DNA of 64,000 nt, from contig CAVSBO010000003.1 of NCBI GenBank assembly GCA_963726195.1, forward strand, positions 672,001-736,000. The letters are read 5' to 3'. The notes under the pieces were generated by a model, which saw nothing but the letters and a program-made list of their open reading frames with translations, ran no database searches and was not told the DNA's origin. A program made the position numbers and the translations under genes. Every line of letters begins with the position of its first letter. Positions within the stretch are counted from its first letter, which is position 1. Shown in pieces: positions 34,345 through 44,604 of this stretch. The DNA comes from Candidatus Thorarchaeota archaeon. GTDB taxonomy: Archaea; Asgardarchaeota; Thorarchaeia; Thorarchaeales; Thorarchaeaceae.

Positions 34345-35532
34345 TCACTCAATCGACCTCAAGATAATGACCTTTGCCTGAGAGACCTCTTGGTTCAGTA
34401 AGCTCAAATCCATGTTGCCTTCCAGCGCATTCACTTGATCGATAACGGCTCTCACTACTGGATACTTGGGTGGAAGAGTACAGCAAGGCAAGTTCTCCTT
34501 CGCGAATTCGTAAGTGCCAATCTGCATTCCAAAGTGCTCGATGTCGACCTTGTCATCGCCGATGCACGGTCTCAGAATCGGAAAGTCACATACCGCGCTG
34601 CTTGTCGCTCTGAGGTTCCTGCTGGTTTGGGATGCCTGTTCGCCGATTATCTCACCCGTGACAATGGCATCTGCGTTCTCTAGAATTGCTATCTCACGCC
34701 CAAGACGAAACATGTTCCTCTTGCAGTACAGACAGGTCATGCGTTGTGGCACATGTTCAACGATATCCGTCAGATCCAGCCCGTGCGGAACAATGTACAT
34801 CTTCACTTCGTAGTCGTAGATGTACTGAGCCAATAGAGTAGCCTGTTTCACTGCAACACTGGCACAGGCCTCATTCGCGTATGGCATGTCATCAAACGTG
34901 ACAAAGACCGGTATGCATCCCCTCTTCATAGCCTTGTACGCCGCAATAGGAGAGTCGAGGCCGCTTGAAATCAAGCAAACAACGGTACCCTGCGAACCGG
35001 AAGGCATTCCTCCGACACCCTTGACAACCTGCGTGAAAAAGTAGGCCTTGTCACTTCGCACTTCGACGTATACATATTGGTCAGGTGAATCGAGATTAAC
35101 GCTCAACTCAAGCTCTGGCAACTCATCCATAATGCGAGCGCCTAGCTGCTCCCTGATTTCCTGACTCGTGTAAGTGTGCGAACCCAGTCTACTGGCTCGA
35201 ACAGCGAAGCTCTTCGCCTTGCCGAAATCTCTGCGGGCCATCGCAAGTCCCGTGTCAAGAATCACGTCTAATGCAGATTCTGTCACAATGACTGGAGACA
35301 CAGACACAATGCCGAAAACGCGCGAAGCAACGCTGGCCGCATTTGCAGCGTCGTGTGTTTCGATGAAAACACGGCCAAACTCAGTTCGTATTCTATCGAA
35401 AGGAACTCCCTTTTCCTTCAGCGCTGTCCCCACGTGCTTGACAAGCAAATCAACCATGCGCTTTCTGGTTTGCCTTGACTTGATGCCAATCTCTCCATAT
35501 CTGAGCAAGACAGCCGAGTACTCTGGTTCCAT
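34345..35532 (-). CDS. thiI: tRNA 4-thiouridine synthase
   Basis: LRYGEIGIKS, THUMP region, GVGGMPSG, PP-loop SSGLDS, CxxC, TGEIIGEQASQT. Confidence 0.93.
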   Translation of the reverse strand: MEPEYSAVLLRYGEIGIKSRQTRKRMVDLLVKHVGTALKEKGVPFDRIRTEFGRVFIETHDAANAASVASRVFGIVSVSPVIVTESALDVILDTGLAMARRDFGKAKSFAVRASRLGSHTYTSQEIREQLGARIMDELPELELSVNLDSPDQYVYVEVRSDKAYFFTQVVKGVGGMPSGSQGTVVCLISSGLDSPIAAYKAMKRGCIPVFVTFDDMPYANEACASVAVKQATLLAQYIYDYEVKMYIVPHGLDLTDIVEHVPQRMTCLYCKRNMFRLGREIAILENADAIVTGEIIGEQASQTSRNLRATSSAVCDFPILRPCIGDDKVDIEHFGMQIGTYEFAKENLPCCTLPPKYPVVRAVIDQVNALEGNMDLSLLNQEVSQAKVIILRSIE

Positions 35533-35549
35533 TTAGGGCGACTCCGCGG

Positions 35550-37284
35550 TTACTTGTGAGCAAATGCAGCCCTTATTGAGGGACTGACCTCATATATCCG
35601 GGTGAATCCGACACGTTCGAACTGAACGAACGTGCCAGCAGCTACCCCGGCAACCGAGGGTTCTGCAAGACCCGTGGTTTTGCTGCCATCCGTCCATGTC
35701 ATTTCTACACTGATACAGCCTTCCTTTGGTACCCAGTGAATGATAGGAGCATTCACCTCTCTTGCCTTCTCCACCTCACGACTCTGGTAGGTCGCTCCGG
35801 AGGCCGTACCTTTCTTCATCGTGAAATTGGCGAAGTCCTTCATCCGGAAAAGCTGGCCGTCTTCGAGCCGCTGATAGTCAGCCTCATCTATACCAATAGT
35901 AAGCTTGGTACCCTTGCGGCCCAGCGGAATGTGCCTGCTTCCGCGTTCGGGAAAGTCTGGGTGAATAGGTGCATCCGCCTCTCGAATCTCAGCAGGAACA
36001 CGAGTCAGAGCCAACCAGACTGGCTTGTCCACGTAGAATAGCCTGGGGGCATCAGCATCCTTCAGCTTTCTGTTCTCCGAATATACTGCCTTCATTGATA
36101 TTGATATGTCAACCATGCTCAAGCCGAGGTCGAGCATTACTTTTCGAAGAGCCTGCGGTTCGATTCCGCGTTTCGCAAGCGATTGCATACTCCAAGTCCG
36201 AGGATCGTCCCAACCAGTGTAGGCACCCGATTTCACTTCTTTCCTAGACTTGCTCTTGCTCAGCGTCGCATCTTCGAATCTCAGCTTGCCGTAGTAGAGC
36301 AGCTCTGGATGTTTCCATCCATAAATGTTCCAGACGAACTCCTCGATTCGTCCTTCCTTGACGAGATCCTTTCCTCTTATTATGTGAGAGATGCCTAGCT
36401 CGTGATCGTCGATTCCCCACGAGAACTCCAAGAGCGGCCAGACTCTGTATCTAGTGCCGACCCTTGGGTGTGGCGCCTCGGATATCCTGAGAATCACATG
36501 GTCTCTGAGCGCGGGGTCGGGCATGTCCATGCCTGTCTTTAGTCGAACCGCGGCGGCCTTCTCTGTGAAGGAACCATCCAGCATCTTCTCCCATCGGGAG
36601 ATATTCTCCTCCGGGTCAAGGTCGCGACATGGACACGCCTTTCCCTTAACTTTGTTCTGCTTGCGCCAGACATCAGCATCGCAAGTGCAGACATATGCAT
36701 GCGAGTTGTTGATGAGGTCAACTGCGTACCTGTAGAATCAGCTCCAATCTGTCGGACTTGTATATCGTGTCCTGATAGGAGACGTCAAGGTATTCGAGAC
36801 CCTCTCGTATGAGATCATAGGCGTCGGGCTCAAGCACCTTCTCTTCAGATCCGATAGTGTCATCGTAAACGAGAATTAGCTTGCCTTTGTACCGTTGAAC
36901 ATAGTAATCATTTAGGATGACCATTCGCGAATTCCCAATGTGGAGCGGACCCGAGGGAAAAGGGGCCATTCGCATGACCACGTTTGGCCAACTGTCAAGA
37001 TTCCGGAGATCGGGAAGTCCCTTCTGACCTTCCTTGGTTTCCGCTACCTGGCCAACCATCTCGGGAGCGATTTCTGCCAACATGGCTTGCTGTTGTCCAA
37101 GAGAAAGCTGCGCAACCTCGGTTACCGTCCTCTCCACGATGGCCTTCACTTCGGGGGCCCTTGATCGCAAGTCTGCACGAGCACCAAGTAGGGCACTCAT
37201 TACCGACTTCGCATTGGGGGTTCCATTGTACTTGATAGCATTGTCAAGCACAAACTTGCGGATCTCAAGATATAACTCACTCAA
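35550..37284 (-). CDS. gltX: Glutamate--tRNA ligase (apparent +1 frameshift near 36739)
   Basis: RMAPFPSGPLHIGN (HIGH), SHIIRGKD, LSKS (KMSKS), GWDDPR, QFERVG; span 3n+1. Confidence 0.95.
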
Positions 37285-37427
37285 CGAATAGTAACCCGGA
37301 CACGAGTCCCCGAGCCAGTCATTTAACTTCCTTGTTCAATTCAAAGGTCGGTTTGAGCTTAGAGATAGCTTTTTTTGTGCGAAGGAAGTATCGTATTGGT
37401 AAACACACTTCTACCGGATGTGGAAAT

Positions 37428-37781
37428 TTGACTCAGGAACTCAAATGCTGCCGGAAATGTGGTGGCTACTACTCCTGCACACACAAGGGCGAGTGCTGTC
37501 CAGAGTGCGAATACCTTGATCCGGACGACGAAATCTGCCTTGCTGTGCAGAAGCCAAGAAAAGCGAAGAAGGAGCGTCCGGCCCAAGAGGAGCCAGATGA
37601 GGAGACCTTTCTCTTCGAGGATGAGGAAGAAGAGGAAGAAGAGGTAGCCAGCCCTGCTGCCAAAGAAGAACCAGAAGAGCCAGAAGAGGAACCCGAAGAA
37701 GAGGAAGAGAAAGAAGAAGACCTGTTTGCAGAAGATGAAGAAGAGGAAGAGCCCGGCGAAGACGACGAAGACTACGCCTAG
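37428..37781 (+). CDS. Small Cys-rich protein with basic patch and highly acidic tail
   Basis: CCRKC..C..CCPEC..C, then KPRKAKK, then Glu/Asp-rich tail; TTG start inferred. Confidence 0.75.
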   Translation: MTQELKCCRKCGGYYSCTHKGECCPECEYLDPDDEICLAVQKPRKAKKERPAQEEPDEETFLFEDEEEEEEEVASPAAKEEPEEPEEEPEEEEEKEEDLFAEDEEEEEPGEDDEDYA

Positions 37782-40142
37782 GATGTGCCTTCTCTTTCCG
37801 AATTCTGTGCTTTTGTCGGGCGCGTTCTGAGGCCCGGGAACCAATATTGAGTACTCTGCGAGTAGCTCTTTTGGACTTTCGCAACTCCGTTGCTGACAAG
37901 TAGTTCGAGAGCGTTTCTCACCCTTTCCTCTGTCCAGCCAAGTCTGACGACGACGTCTTCAGGAGTCAAACGGCCGTCTTTCTCTGCGGCAAGACTGAGA
38001 ATCTTCTGCGGGTCGTCGGTCAGCCCCACAGGAATGAATTTCACAAGCCGCGCACCACCCTCTATTGTAGTCAGTCCCTCAATCAGCCCGTCATGCGATA
38101 AACGTCCTATAATCGAGCTCACTTCATTGATGTCTGTTGTCCAGCCCAGGGCATCCAGTTGGACCAACAGGGCAGACAGCAGCATAATTCCTCCCGACTG
38201 CTTTGATTCTTCTGCAATCTTGAGAATGTTCCTTCTAAGAGCGTCTTCCCGATCGTCTCGCTTCAGGAAATGTTTGACCATTCCTTTCTTCTTCAGTGCT
38301 TCTGAGATCCATAATTCGGGATCATATCCGAGGTCCGCCAGAAGCTCGGCTAGGGAACTACGATAAGCTGGAATGCTCAGGAGCGTTTCGCCCTGTGTCT
38401 CAAATGCGTTCCACAGTCGCGCCCGAATCTGATCGATGCGTTCAGCTCGCTCGATTAGTCGGTCGAGTTCTTTTTCAATCTCCTCTTCGCGCGTCACACG
38501 TGAGAGAATCACCGGAATGGCAGTGTCAGCTCCGGATTGGAGACTGAATTCGATGGACTTGTCTCGGTAGTTTGGAGCTGAAATGCGAGCCCTATGAGAA
38601 CCAGCCCAAAGCCGGACTCTAATGACCCCCTGCCCGCTGCCCTCCACTCTCAGATCATCCATTTCGAAGACTGCATGGCTCACGGGAGCGTCTTGTTCGT
38701 CATGAACTCGAAGGACTATCGTACAATCTGATATCTCACCTGGAATCACTTCAGCGCCGGAAGGAGGAGCCGCGTCCGCAGTGAAAGGCTGTTCTGGCAA
38801 ACCCGACAGGAGTGACTCAATCTGACCAATGGTGGGGGACTTCGTCAGGCCTTCGGCCAGCAACAGCTTTGCTCCGTCCATTATGGAAGTCCTTGTGTTC
38901 TTCAAGACAAGCAGATTGTGTTTCTCTGAGAAGTCGCGGATTGCCTTCTTCAGAGTCACATCCTTGGTAACACGTTCTTGGCACCAGACCGCAAGTTGCG
39001 CCATCTCATCCGACGCAGGAACCAATGAATCCGTGAAATCCTTCCGGCGGCCGAGTTTCTGAACATCCGAAACCAGCACTGAAGGAGGATAGACAATGAT
39101 GTCAAGCCGCCCCTTGGTTGACAGACCGAAGACAACAACAGGAACAAAGAGTCGAACACCATCTTCGGGCAGGTCTGGCGCGATAGACACCTCTATGGCG
39201 TCGATGTTTTTTCTGCAGGCCGATATTAGTTCACGAGCTGCCTCGAGTTCAGACTGGACAGAATTCATCCTTTCACTGAACTCCTTCGTGAGCGTCTCCG
39301 AATCCATGAGCACCTGCTCTCTTCTCTGTAGATCTCTCTCGAGGGCACTTTGGCGAGCTTTGAGCAGTTCTCTCGTTTCAATCTCCTTGGGTCCATGCCT
39401 CTCAGACCGCGGCAACTCCTTAATCTTGGATTCAACTCCCGAGATATCCTGCCGTAGCGCAGATATTCTGAGGTCGAGCCGGCCAAGAGTCTGCGAGTAG
39501 TTGCTTTCTAGAACTCCCAAAATGCTCTGAGTCTTCGTCCTCAGGGCATCAACCAGCCAAGGGAGTTCCTTCTCCGCTCGATGAGTAAGCCCGATCAACT
39601 TCCTCACAGCAGTCTGAGCGGAACTCGAGTCTGACGTGTCAATCGTTGATGGAAATACCATCGAGTAGGCTTCTGCGTGTTCCTTCAGTGGCCATGTGAG
39701 TATGTGTGCCAAGCTTGTTGCTACAGGATTTGATACAACTCCCCTGAGAACGACTTCCTCGGTCCCGGTAATCACGCTTGCGACAGCTCCGACCTCTTCG
39801 ACAGACTGCAAGCAACTGCGAATCTGTTTGGGCACCTTGGATCTTCTCTATTAGTTGGTTCAAGTCAAAGTCCTGCAAAACAGGAGTAGAAACGGAAGTA
39901 AGACCCAACAACTCCATGAAGAAACAGCTGCTGGTGAACCCAGTGGGTATGACGAGGAATTCTAGATACGCCTTCAGGGCAAACTCCAAGTCTCGGCCGC
40001 CTCGGGCCTCAATGGTTCTCAGAATGAGGTCTGCCAGAACGTACTCCTCTGGGACTGGCTTCTGGACAGGAGGGCCACTTACCATCTGAATATTACTCAC
40101 GGCAGTGACCGGGACAATCGTACGTTGATGGTGGTGGTCCAT
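37778..40142 (-). CDS. ~787-aa protein with coiled coil, PEGA-like domain and C-terminal ESCRT-II EAP30 (Vps22/Vps36-like) domain; apparent +1 frameshift near 39805
   Basis: C-terminus LGYDP..SGGIMLL..IPVGLTDDPQKILSLA..LGWTEERVRNALELLVSNG..YWFPGL follows the Vps22/SNF8 tandem winged-helix pattern. Confidence 0.8.
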
Positions 40143-40277
40143 TATGGTCCCTTGATTCTAGAATGAGTGGCAATGCTTTTCATTCTTTCTCGATGATGAT
40201 TGGATGGCTAACCACGAACATTCATGAAGCATGTTCTGGGGGCAAGCACGAGCCTAGGCGTGAGGCCATCCGATGAA

Positions 40278-40694
40278 ATGAGAAAGGACAACGAAATCCT
40301 CGACCCGTATTGCAGGTTCTGCGGCAGATACAAGGGAGTCGGCCCCTGCAAGTACCCCGATTGCCCTGGATTCAAAACGTCCAATGAAGAACAGCGTGAA
40401 AGAGTCCCTGTGGAACAAGAGAGGGGTCACGAGGAATCCGCCGGGAAGCCAGAGACATGCTGCATGTGCAACGAACCTAAGTCAGTCCTCTGCAGCGTAT
40501 GCGGTCGTGTCTATTGCAGTCACCATAGTAGTGGACGTTTGGAGGTCACCGTGACTGGTCCTGACCACCACATTGGTACTTGTATCAACTGCGGGCGGCT
40601 CGTGTGTGAACACTGCTGGATTCTCGACAATTTCGGCAGGATTACCTGCATCAAGCATCTGGAAGAACGAAACGTCCACGGTTCGCCTGGCTGA
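40278..40694 (+). CDS. Multi-zinc-finger protein (B-box/AN1-like)
   Basis: CxxC-x8-C-x4-C; CxxC-x7-CxxC-x4-CxxH; CxxC-x4-CxxC..CxxH. Confidence 0.75.
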   Translation: MRKDNEILDPYCRFCGRYKGVGPCKYPDCPGFKTSNEEQRERVPVEQERGHEESAGKPETCCMCNEPKSVLCSVCGRVYCSHHSSGRLEVTVTGPDHHIGTCINCGRLVCEHCWILDNFGRITCIKHLEERNVHGSPG

Positions 40695-40783
40695 CCTCGT
40701 CAATGCCCTTCGGGCTGGTTGAAGAGAGAACATCGCAGTCAAACATTTATCCTAAAGGTTGCGAGGATATCTCAGTGCAATGC

Positions 40784-41893
40784 ATGCCGCAAGCAGTCTT
40801 TGTTGTCCACCTGGACGACTATTACGGTATTGTCGTCGTCAAGAAGTATCCTCCCTCCTTGTCACTGTACGAAAAGACTCTGAGTTCGATATTCTATGAG
40901 CACGAGAAAGAAGAGAAGGAGAACCTCAGATACAATGAGGTTGACAACCTCCGTGTGATCTCATTCGTTGACAAGTCACATCCCCAGTGGATGGCGTGTT
41001 TCGTTTTGAGCGACGAAGAAAACTTCGAAGGACTAAAGGCCGAGATACCGGGTATGGGACGGCTGATGATCGAGCTCGCCGTTGACAACCCAAAGATCGT
41101 TCGCCTCGAGGAGATACTAAAGAATCATAGCATCTTGGAGGAACCAAACGAGGAGCAGAAATATGCCGAGATGTTCCAAACACCATCATCATCTATGATG
41201 CTCGAGAAGATTGAAAGAGAAGGGGTCGAGAGAGCAGCAAAGCTATCGATCTGGCTCAAGACCCAAGTGCAGAGCGATTCTCTGGACCTGCGTGAATCCA
41301 TCCTGCCCCTTATGGACTCAGGAATCGTGAACGTAGAAGTTGTGGGGAAGGGAATCGAAGTTGTGTTTCTTGTTAAGGACGTGTTTGTGTACAGGGCTCC
41401 GCCCGTCAAAGCCATCATGGCCACGAGGGAATCCATGCCCGAGCTTGCCGCGAAGTATGAAGAACGCGTGGCCAAGTTCTTTGCGCCGCCTGCTCCGAAC
41501 AAAGGCTACAACCCCAGCATACCCAGTGATGACCCCAATTCGCCGCTGGTTGAAGACAGAGAGAAGATTGCCGACATCCTTTCAAAGAAGATAGGGTACA
41601 AGGTCCTGACCGCCCTTCGCGACAAACCCCTTTCAGTCAGACAGATATGTGAGAAGACTCTACTCCAAGAGGAAGTTGTTCAGAACGCATTGTACGGCCT
41701 AGAATCAGATGACGTTGCGACACAAATCGGAGAAGGAATCTGGGCATTGGTGACCAATCCAATCATGGAATCATTTATCCCTGAGTTTGTTCTGCAGCTC
41801 ATAGCAAATAAGCTCTCCAACGATCAGATTAGCCCAGAGATAGCCAGAAGACATCTTGAGATACTTGCCAAGAAGTGGAGTGTCGAGCAATGA
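40784..41893 (+). CDS. uDENN/longin-like N-terminal domain plus winged-helix protein
   Basis: AVFVVHLDDYYGIVVVKKYP resembles the uDENN-longin first hairpin; C-terminal wHTH-like KVLTALRDKPLSVRQICEKT..VQNALYGL. Confidence 0.65.
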   Translation: MPQAVFVVHLDDYYGIVVVKKYPPSLSLYEKTLSSIFYEHEKEEKENLRYNEVDNLRVISFVDKSHPQWMACFVLSDEENFEGLKAEIPGMGRLMIELAVDNPKIVRLEEILKNHSILEEPNEEQKYAEMFQTPSSSMMLEKIEREGVERAAKLSIWLKTQVQSDSLDLRESILPLMDSGIVNVEVVGKGIEVVFLVKDVFVYRAPPVKAIMATRESMPELAAKYEERVAKFFAPPAPNKGYNPSIPSDDPNSPLVEDREKIADILSKKIGYKVLTALRDKPLSVRQICEKTLLQEEVVQNALYGLESDDVATQIGEGIWALVTNPIMESFIPEFVLQLIANKLSNDQISPEIARRHLEILAKKWSVEQ

Positions 41894-42747
41894 TTAGAAG
41901 CCTCTACATACTCGGACAACAGAGCAATGTCATATACTCGAAAGAATACGTCAGCAGTGAATCGAGACAGGACATGGTTGAGTTCTTGGTGAATCTGGGT
42001 CATTTTGTCTCAACAGTCAATCTTGAAGGAAAGACAGAGTACATGAGTTTCTCAGCAACAAGGATATTCTACGCTGCTCGGCGCGAGTTCGTATTCATAT
42101 TCGTTGCTGACAAGTCTGATGATTCAACTCAGATAGAGGAGAAGATGAACCAATTAATGGAAACGTTCATGAAGGACTTTCCCGCCATGGCGCAAGCCAG
42201 CCTTCCCCTAGATGGCTTTGACTCGAAGGTCGACGAGATCGCAGTGACAACTGTGAAGGTAGCAATACTCGGATACTCGGGTGTTGGCAAGACCACGGCC
42301 CTGCATTTGCTGAGGGGAGAAACGCTTCCTCTGGTTCACATTCCGACGATGGCTTATGACATAAAGAAGCTTCCAGATGAGGTCCAAAGTGCGAACATAG
42401 TGCTCTGGGACCTCGCCGGTCAGTCTGGGTACGACAAGCTTTGGAGCAAGTATCTCGTGAAAGCCCAGATTGTTATCATCGTAACCGACAGCAGCCTCGA
42501 GAATGTGCTGCGAAGCAAGAAGCTGGTCTCATTAGTCAAACAGGAGGTTCCAGAGGCAAGGGTTATTGGCATTGCGAACAAGCAGGACCTCCCCACAGCT
42601 CTAACACCTGAAAGGGTTAGTCAGATTCTTGGAATTCCTACGTATGAGCTTGTTGCGATAGACATTTCCTACAGAGACCGCTTAATCCAGATTATCCGTA
42701 GGGCCATCCTCGAAGAAAGGGCCGAAGCTAATCCAGCACCCGCGTAG
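41890..42747 (+). CDS. Longin-domain-fused small GTPase (Ras superfamily, Arf-like)
   Basis: G1 GYSGVGKTT, G2 PT, G3 WDLAGQ, G4 NKQD; N-terminal MIRSLYIL..VIYSKEY longin-like; ATGA overlap with upstream gene. Confidence 0.9.
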   Translation: MIRSLYILGQQSNVIYSKEYVSSESRQDMVEFLVNLGHFVSTVNLEGKTEYMSFSATRIFYAARREFVFIFVADKSDDSTQIEEKMNQLMETFMKDFPAMAQASLPLDGFDSKVDEIAVTTVKVAILGYSGVGKTTALHLLRGETLPLVHIPTMAYDIKKLPDEVQSANIVLWDLAGQSGYDKLWSKYLVKAQIVIIVTDSSLENVLRSKKLVSLVKQEVPEARVIGIANKQDLPTALTPERVSQILGIPTYELVAIDISYRDRLIQIIRRAILEERAEANPAPA

Positions 42748-42839
42748 GTTCAAGCACCGACGAAGGTGTTGATGACGACAAAGGTTAAGAACGACGTTCA
42801 TGATTTCCAATAATAGAGGCTGTCCGTAGGTGAGCACAA

Positions 42840-43451
42840 ATGGCCTTTGACTTTAGCGCTATTCAAAAACAAATGGAAGAACTGAACCAGAAGCTTAGGG
42901 CAATTGAAAGTTTTGCCAACAAGGTGGCGGAGACAAAGAGGCTTGCCGACCAACTGGCCGAGAACTTCGCGAAAATGAAGACCGCCATCAATCAGACAAT
43001 CAACGAGAGCTTCAGTCAGATCGCCGACCAAATTGACACTCTGAGACGTAACATGCAGAGCATGGAGACGGTGCAACCCGTCTCTCTCTCCGCAGCAGCT
43101 CCGGCACCTGCACCAAAGGCTGCACCGAAAGCAGCTCCTGCACCAGCCCCCGCACCAACACCTACGCCAAAAGCTGCGCCGGCCCCTGCTGCATCAAAGG
43201 CAGCACCAGCCGCGGCAAAGGCAGCACCAGCCGCACCTAAGTTTTCAGCGACCCCACCCTCTGCTCCTGCGGGTTCAAGCGACCAACTCGACTTCCTCCT
43301 TCAACAGAAGGATCGTCTGAAGGCTTCATTGACTGACCTTCGGTTTGACTATATGAGAGGATACATACCCGAAGAAGACTACAAGGCAAAAGAAACCGAA
43401 CTGGATTCACAGCTTGAAGATCTCGATCGACAAATAGCTGGCATGAAGTAG
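42840..43451 (+). CDS. Coiled-coil protein with Pro/Ala linker and C-terminal SHOCT-like helical hairpin
   Basis: Heptad N-terminus, APAPKAAP repeats, YMRGYIPEEDYKAKETEL. Confidence 0.8.
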   Translation: MAFDFSAIQKQMEELNQKLRAIESFANKVAETKRLADQLAENFAKMKTAINQTINESFSQIADQIDTLRRNMQSMETVQPVSLSAAAPAPAPKAAPKAAPAPAPAPTPTPKAAPAPAASKAAPAAAKAAPAAPKFSATPPSAPAGSSDQLDFLLQQKDRLKASLTDLRFDYMRGYIPEEDYKAKETELDSQLEDLDRQIAGMK

Positions 43452-43606
43452 AACTGTGACAAGGCAAGACGCAATCGGTCTTGCCCCGCAGTATCTTTTT
43501 CTCAGTCAACCAAGTTGAGTTGAAGGTCAAGAATCGCATATTCGCTAAGTCCACGTTGAATTGCCCATTTCGCCAGCAGTATGATCAATTGAGTCTGCAC
43601 GCGACT

Positions 43607-44419
43607 CTACCTTTTCTTGACTGGCTTGCTTGGTTTCTCGGAAGATGCCTTCTTGCGAACTTGAGGCTTCTGCGTGGGCTTGGCTGGTTTCTTGGCGGCG
43701 ACCTCAGGCTTCTTCTTGGGCTTGGCCTTCTCTTTTGGCTTAGCCGCAGGTCGGGCGGCCTTCTCGGGCTTGGGCGGAACCTTCTTGGTCCGAGAGCCCG
43801 TTTCTGCAACTGCCTGCGATACAGCGCTCGGCTTTGGCTGTACTCCCTTGGTCTCCTTCGGAGAGATCGGTCTGGCAAAACCTCGCTCTGGTTCGAGAAC
43901 TCGCTCCGTGCCTTCTTCCCCTTCCAAAGGCTGTACCAGAACCTCTGGTCTCCTGTCTCTCGTTTTCTCTCTCCGTTCTCCGAATTCGCGTCTCTGACGA
44001 GCAATCTTGCCCGGCTTTACTGCCGCCATGCTGGCAGCAGCCGCCAGCGCTGTTTCCATCTCATTCGTCATTAGCGGCTCGTGAGTAACAGAAGAAGCAA
44101 CCTCCTCAAGAGCATCAGCGATTAGAACAGGCCGACCTGTCTGACGCTTCTCGACTTCTGCCGGAGTTGAGTATGCTACGAAACCGCCGTCTCGCACGTA
44201 CGGAACAAGACTGCCCTTCGCCTCTCTTTCTTCCAGTAGGCCCCGAGCAACGCTGAGACGCAGGTTGAACCGATTAGCCACGTCAAAGACCGTTGTCGAT
44301 CTGGCTTTCTTGAGATAGTCATCGACCTCTTGAAGTGTTTCCGGCTTGGGAACTGCTTCGCGAACTAGTCGCTCGGTCTTTGCCGAAGGCTTTCCCCACT
44401 TCTTCTTGCTAATGGCAAT
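43607..44419 (-). CDS. rps25e: Ribosomal protein eS25 with long Lys/Pro/Ala-rich C-terminal extension; probable ATT start
   Basis: The frame extends upstream of the track ORF: SKKKWGK..TVFDVANRFNLRLSVARGLLEEREAKG; the only plausible initiators after AGGAG are ATT at 44419 or 44413. Confidence 0.85.
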   Translation of the reverse strand: MAISKKKWGKPSAKTERLVREAVPKPETLQEVDDYLKKARSTTVFDVANRFNLRLSVARGLLEEREAKGSLVPYVRDGGFVAYSTPAEVEKRQTGRPVLIADALEEVASSVTHEPLMTNEMETALAAAASMAAVKPGKIARQRREFGERREKTRDRRPEVLVQPLEGEEGTERVLEPERGFARPISPKETKGVQPKPSAVSQAVAETGSRTKKVPPKPEKAARPAAKPKEKAKPKKKPEVAAKKPAKPTQKPQVRKKASSEKPSKPVKKR

Positions 44420-44604
44420 TACTCTCCTGATTCTTTCGGGACGGTTCCTTCGCGGGAATCTGGAGTTTGGCTTTTAAATATGCTCATGGGTTGTTGTCTG
44501 AACAACGTGATTCTGTGCTGCACAGGGGAGCAAAAACACAGATTCTGTGATGAGTGTTAGACTCGTACTTAAGTGCCTGCGGCAAGCCTCGCATGTGACG
44601 GTCA

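Noticed and set aside
37359-37899. Phe/Leu-rich minus-strand ORFs (similar case at 43481-44074 on the plus strand)
   Set aside because: Shadow frames of the low-complexity Glu-rich and Lys-rich genes on the opposite strand.
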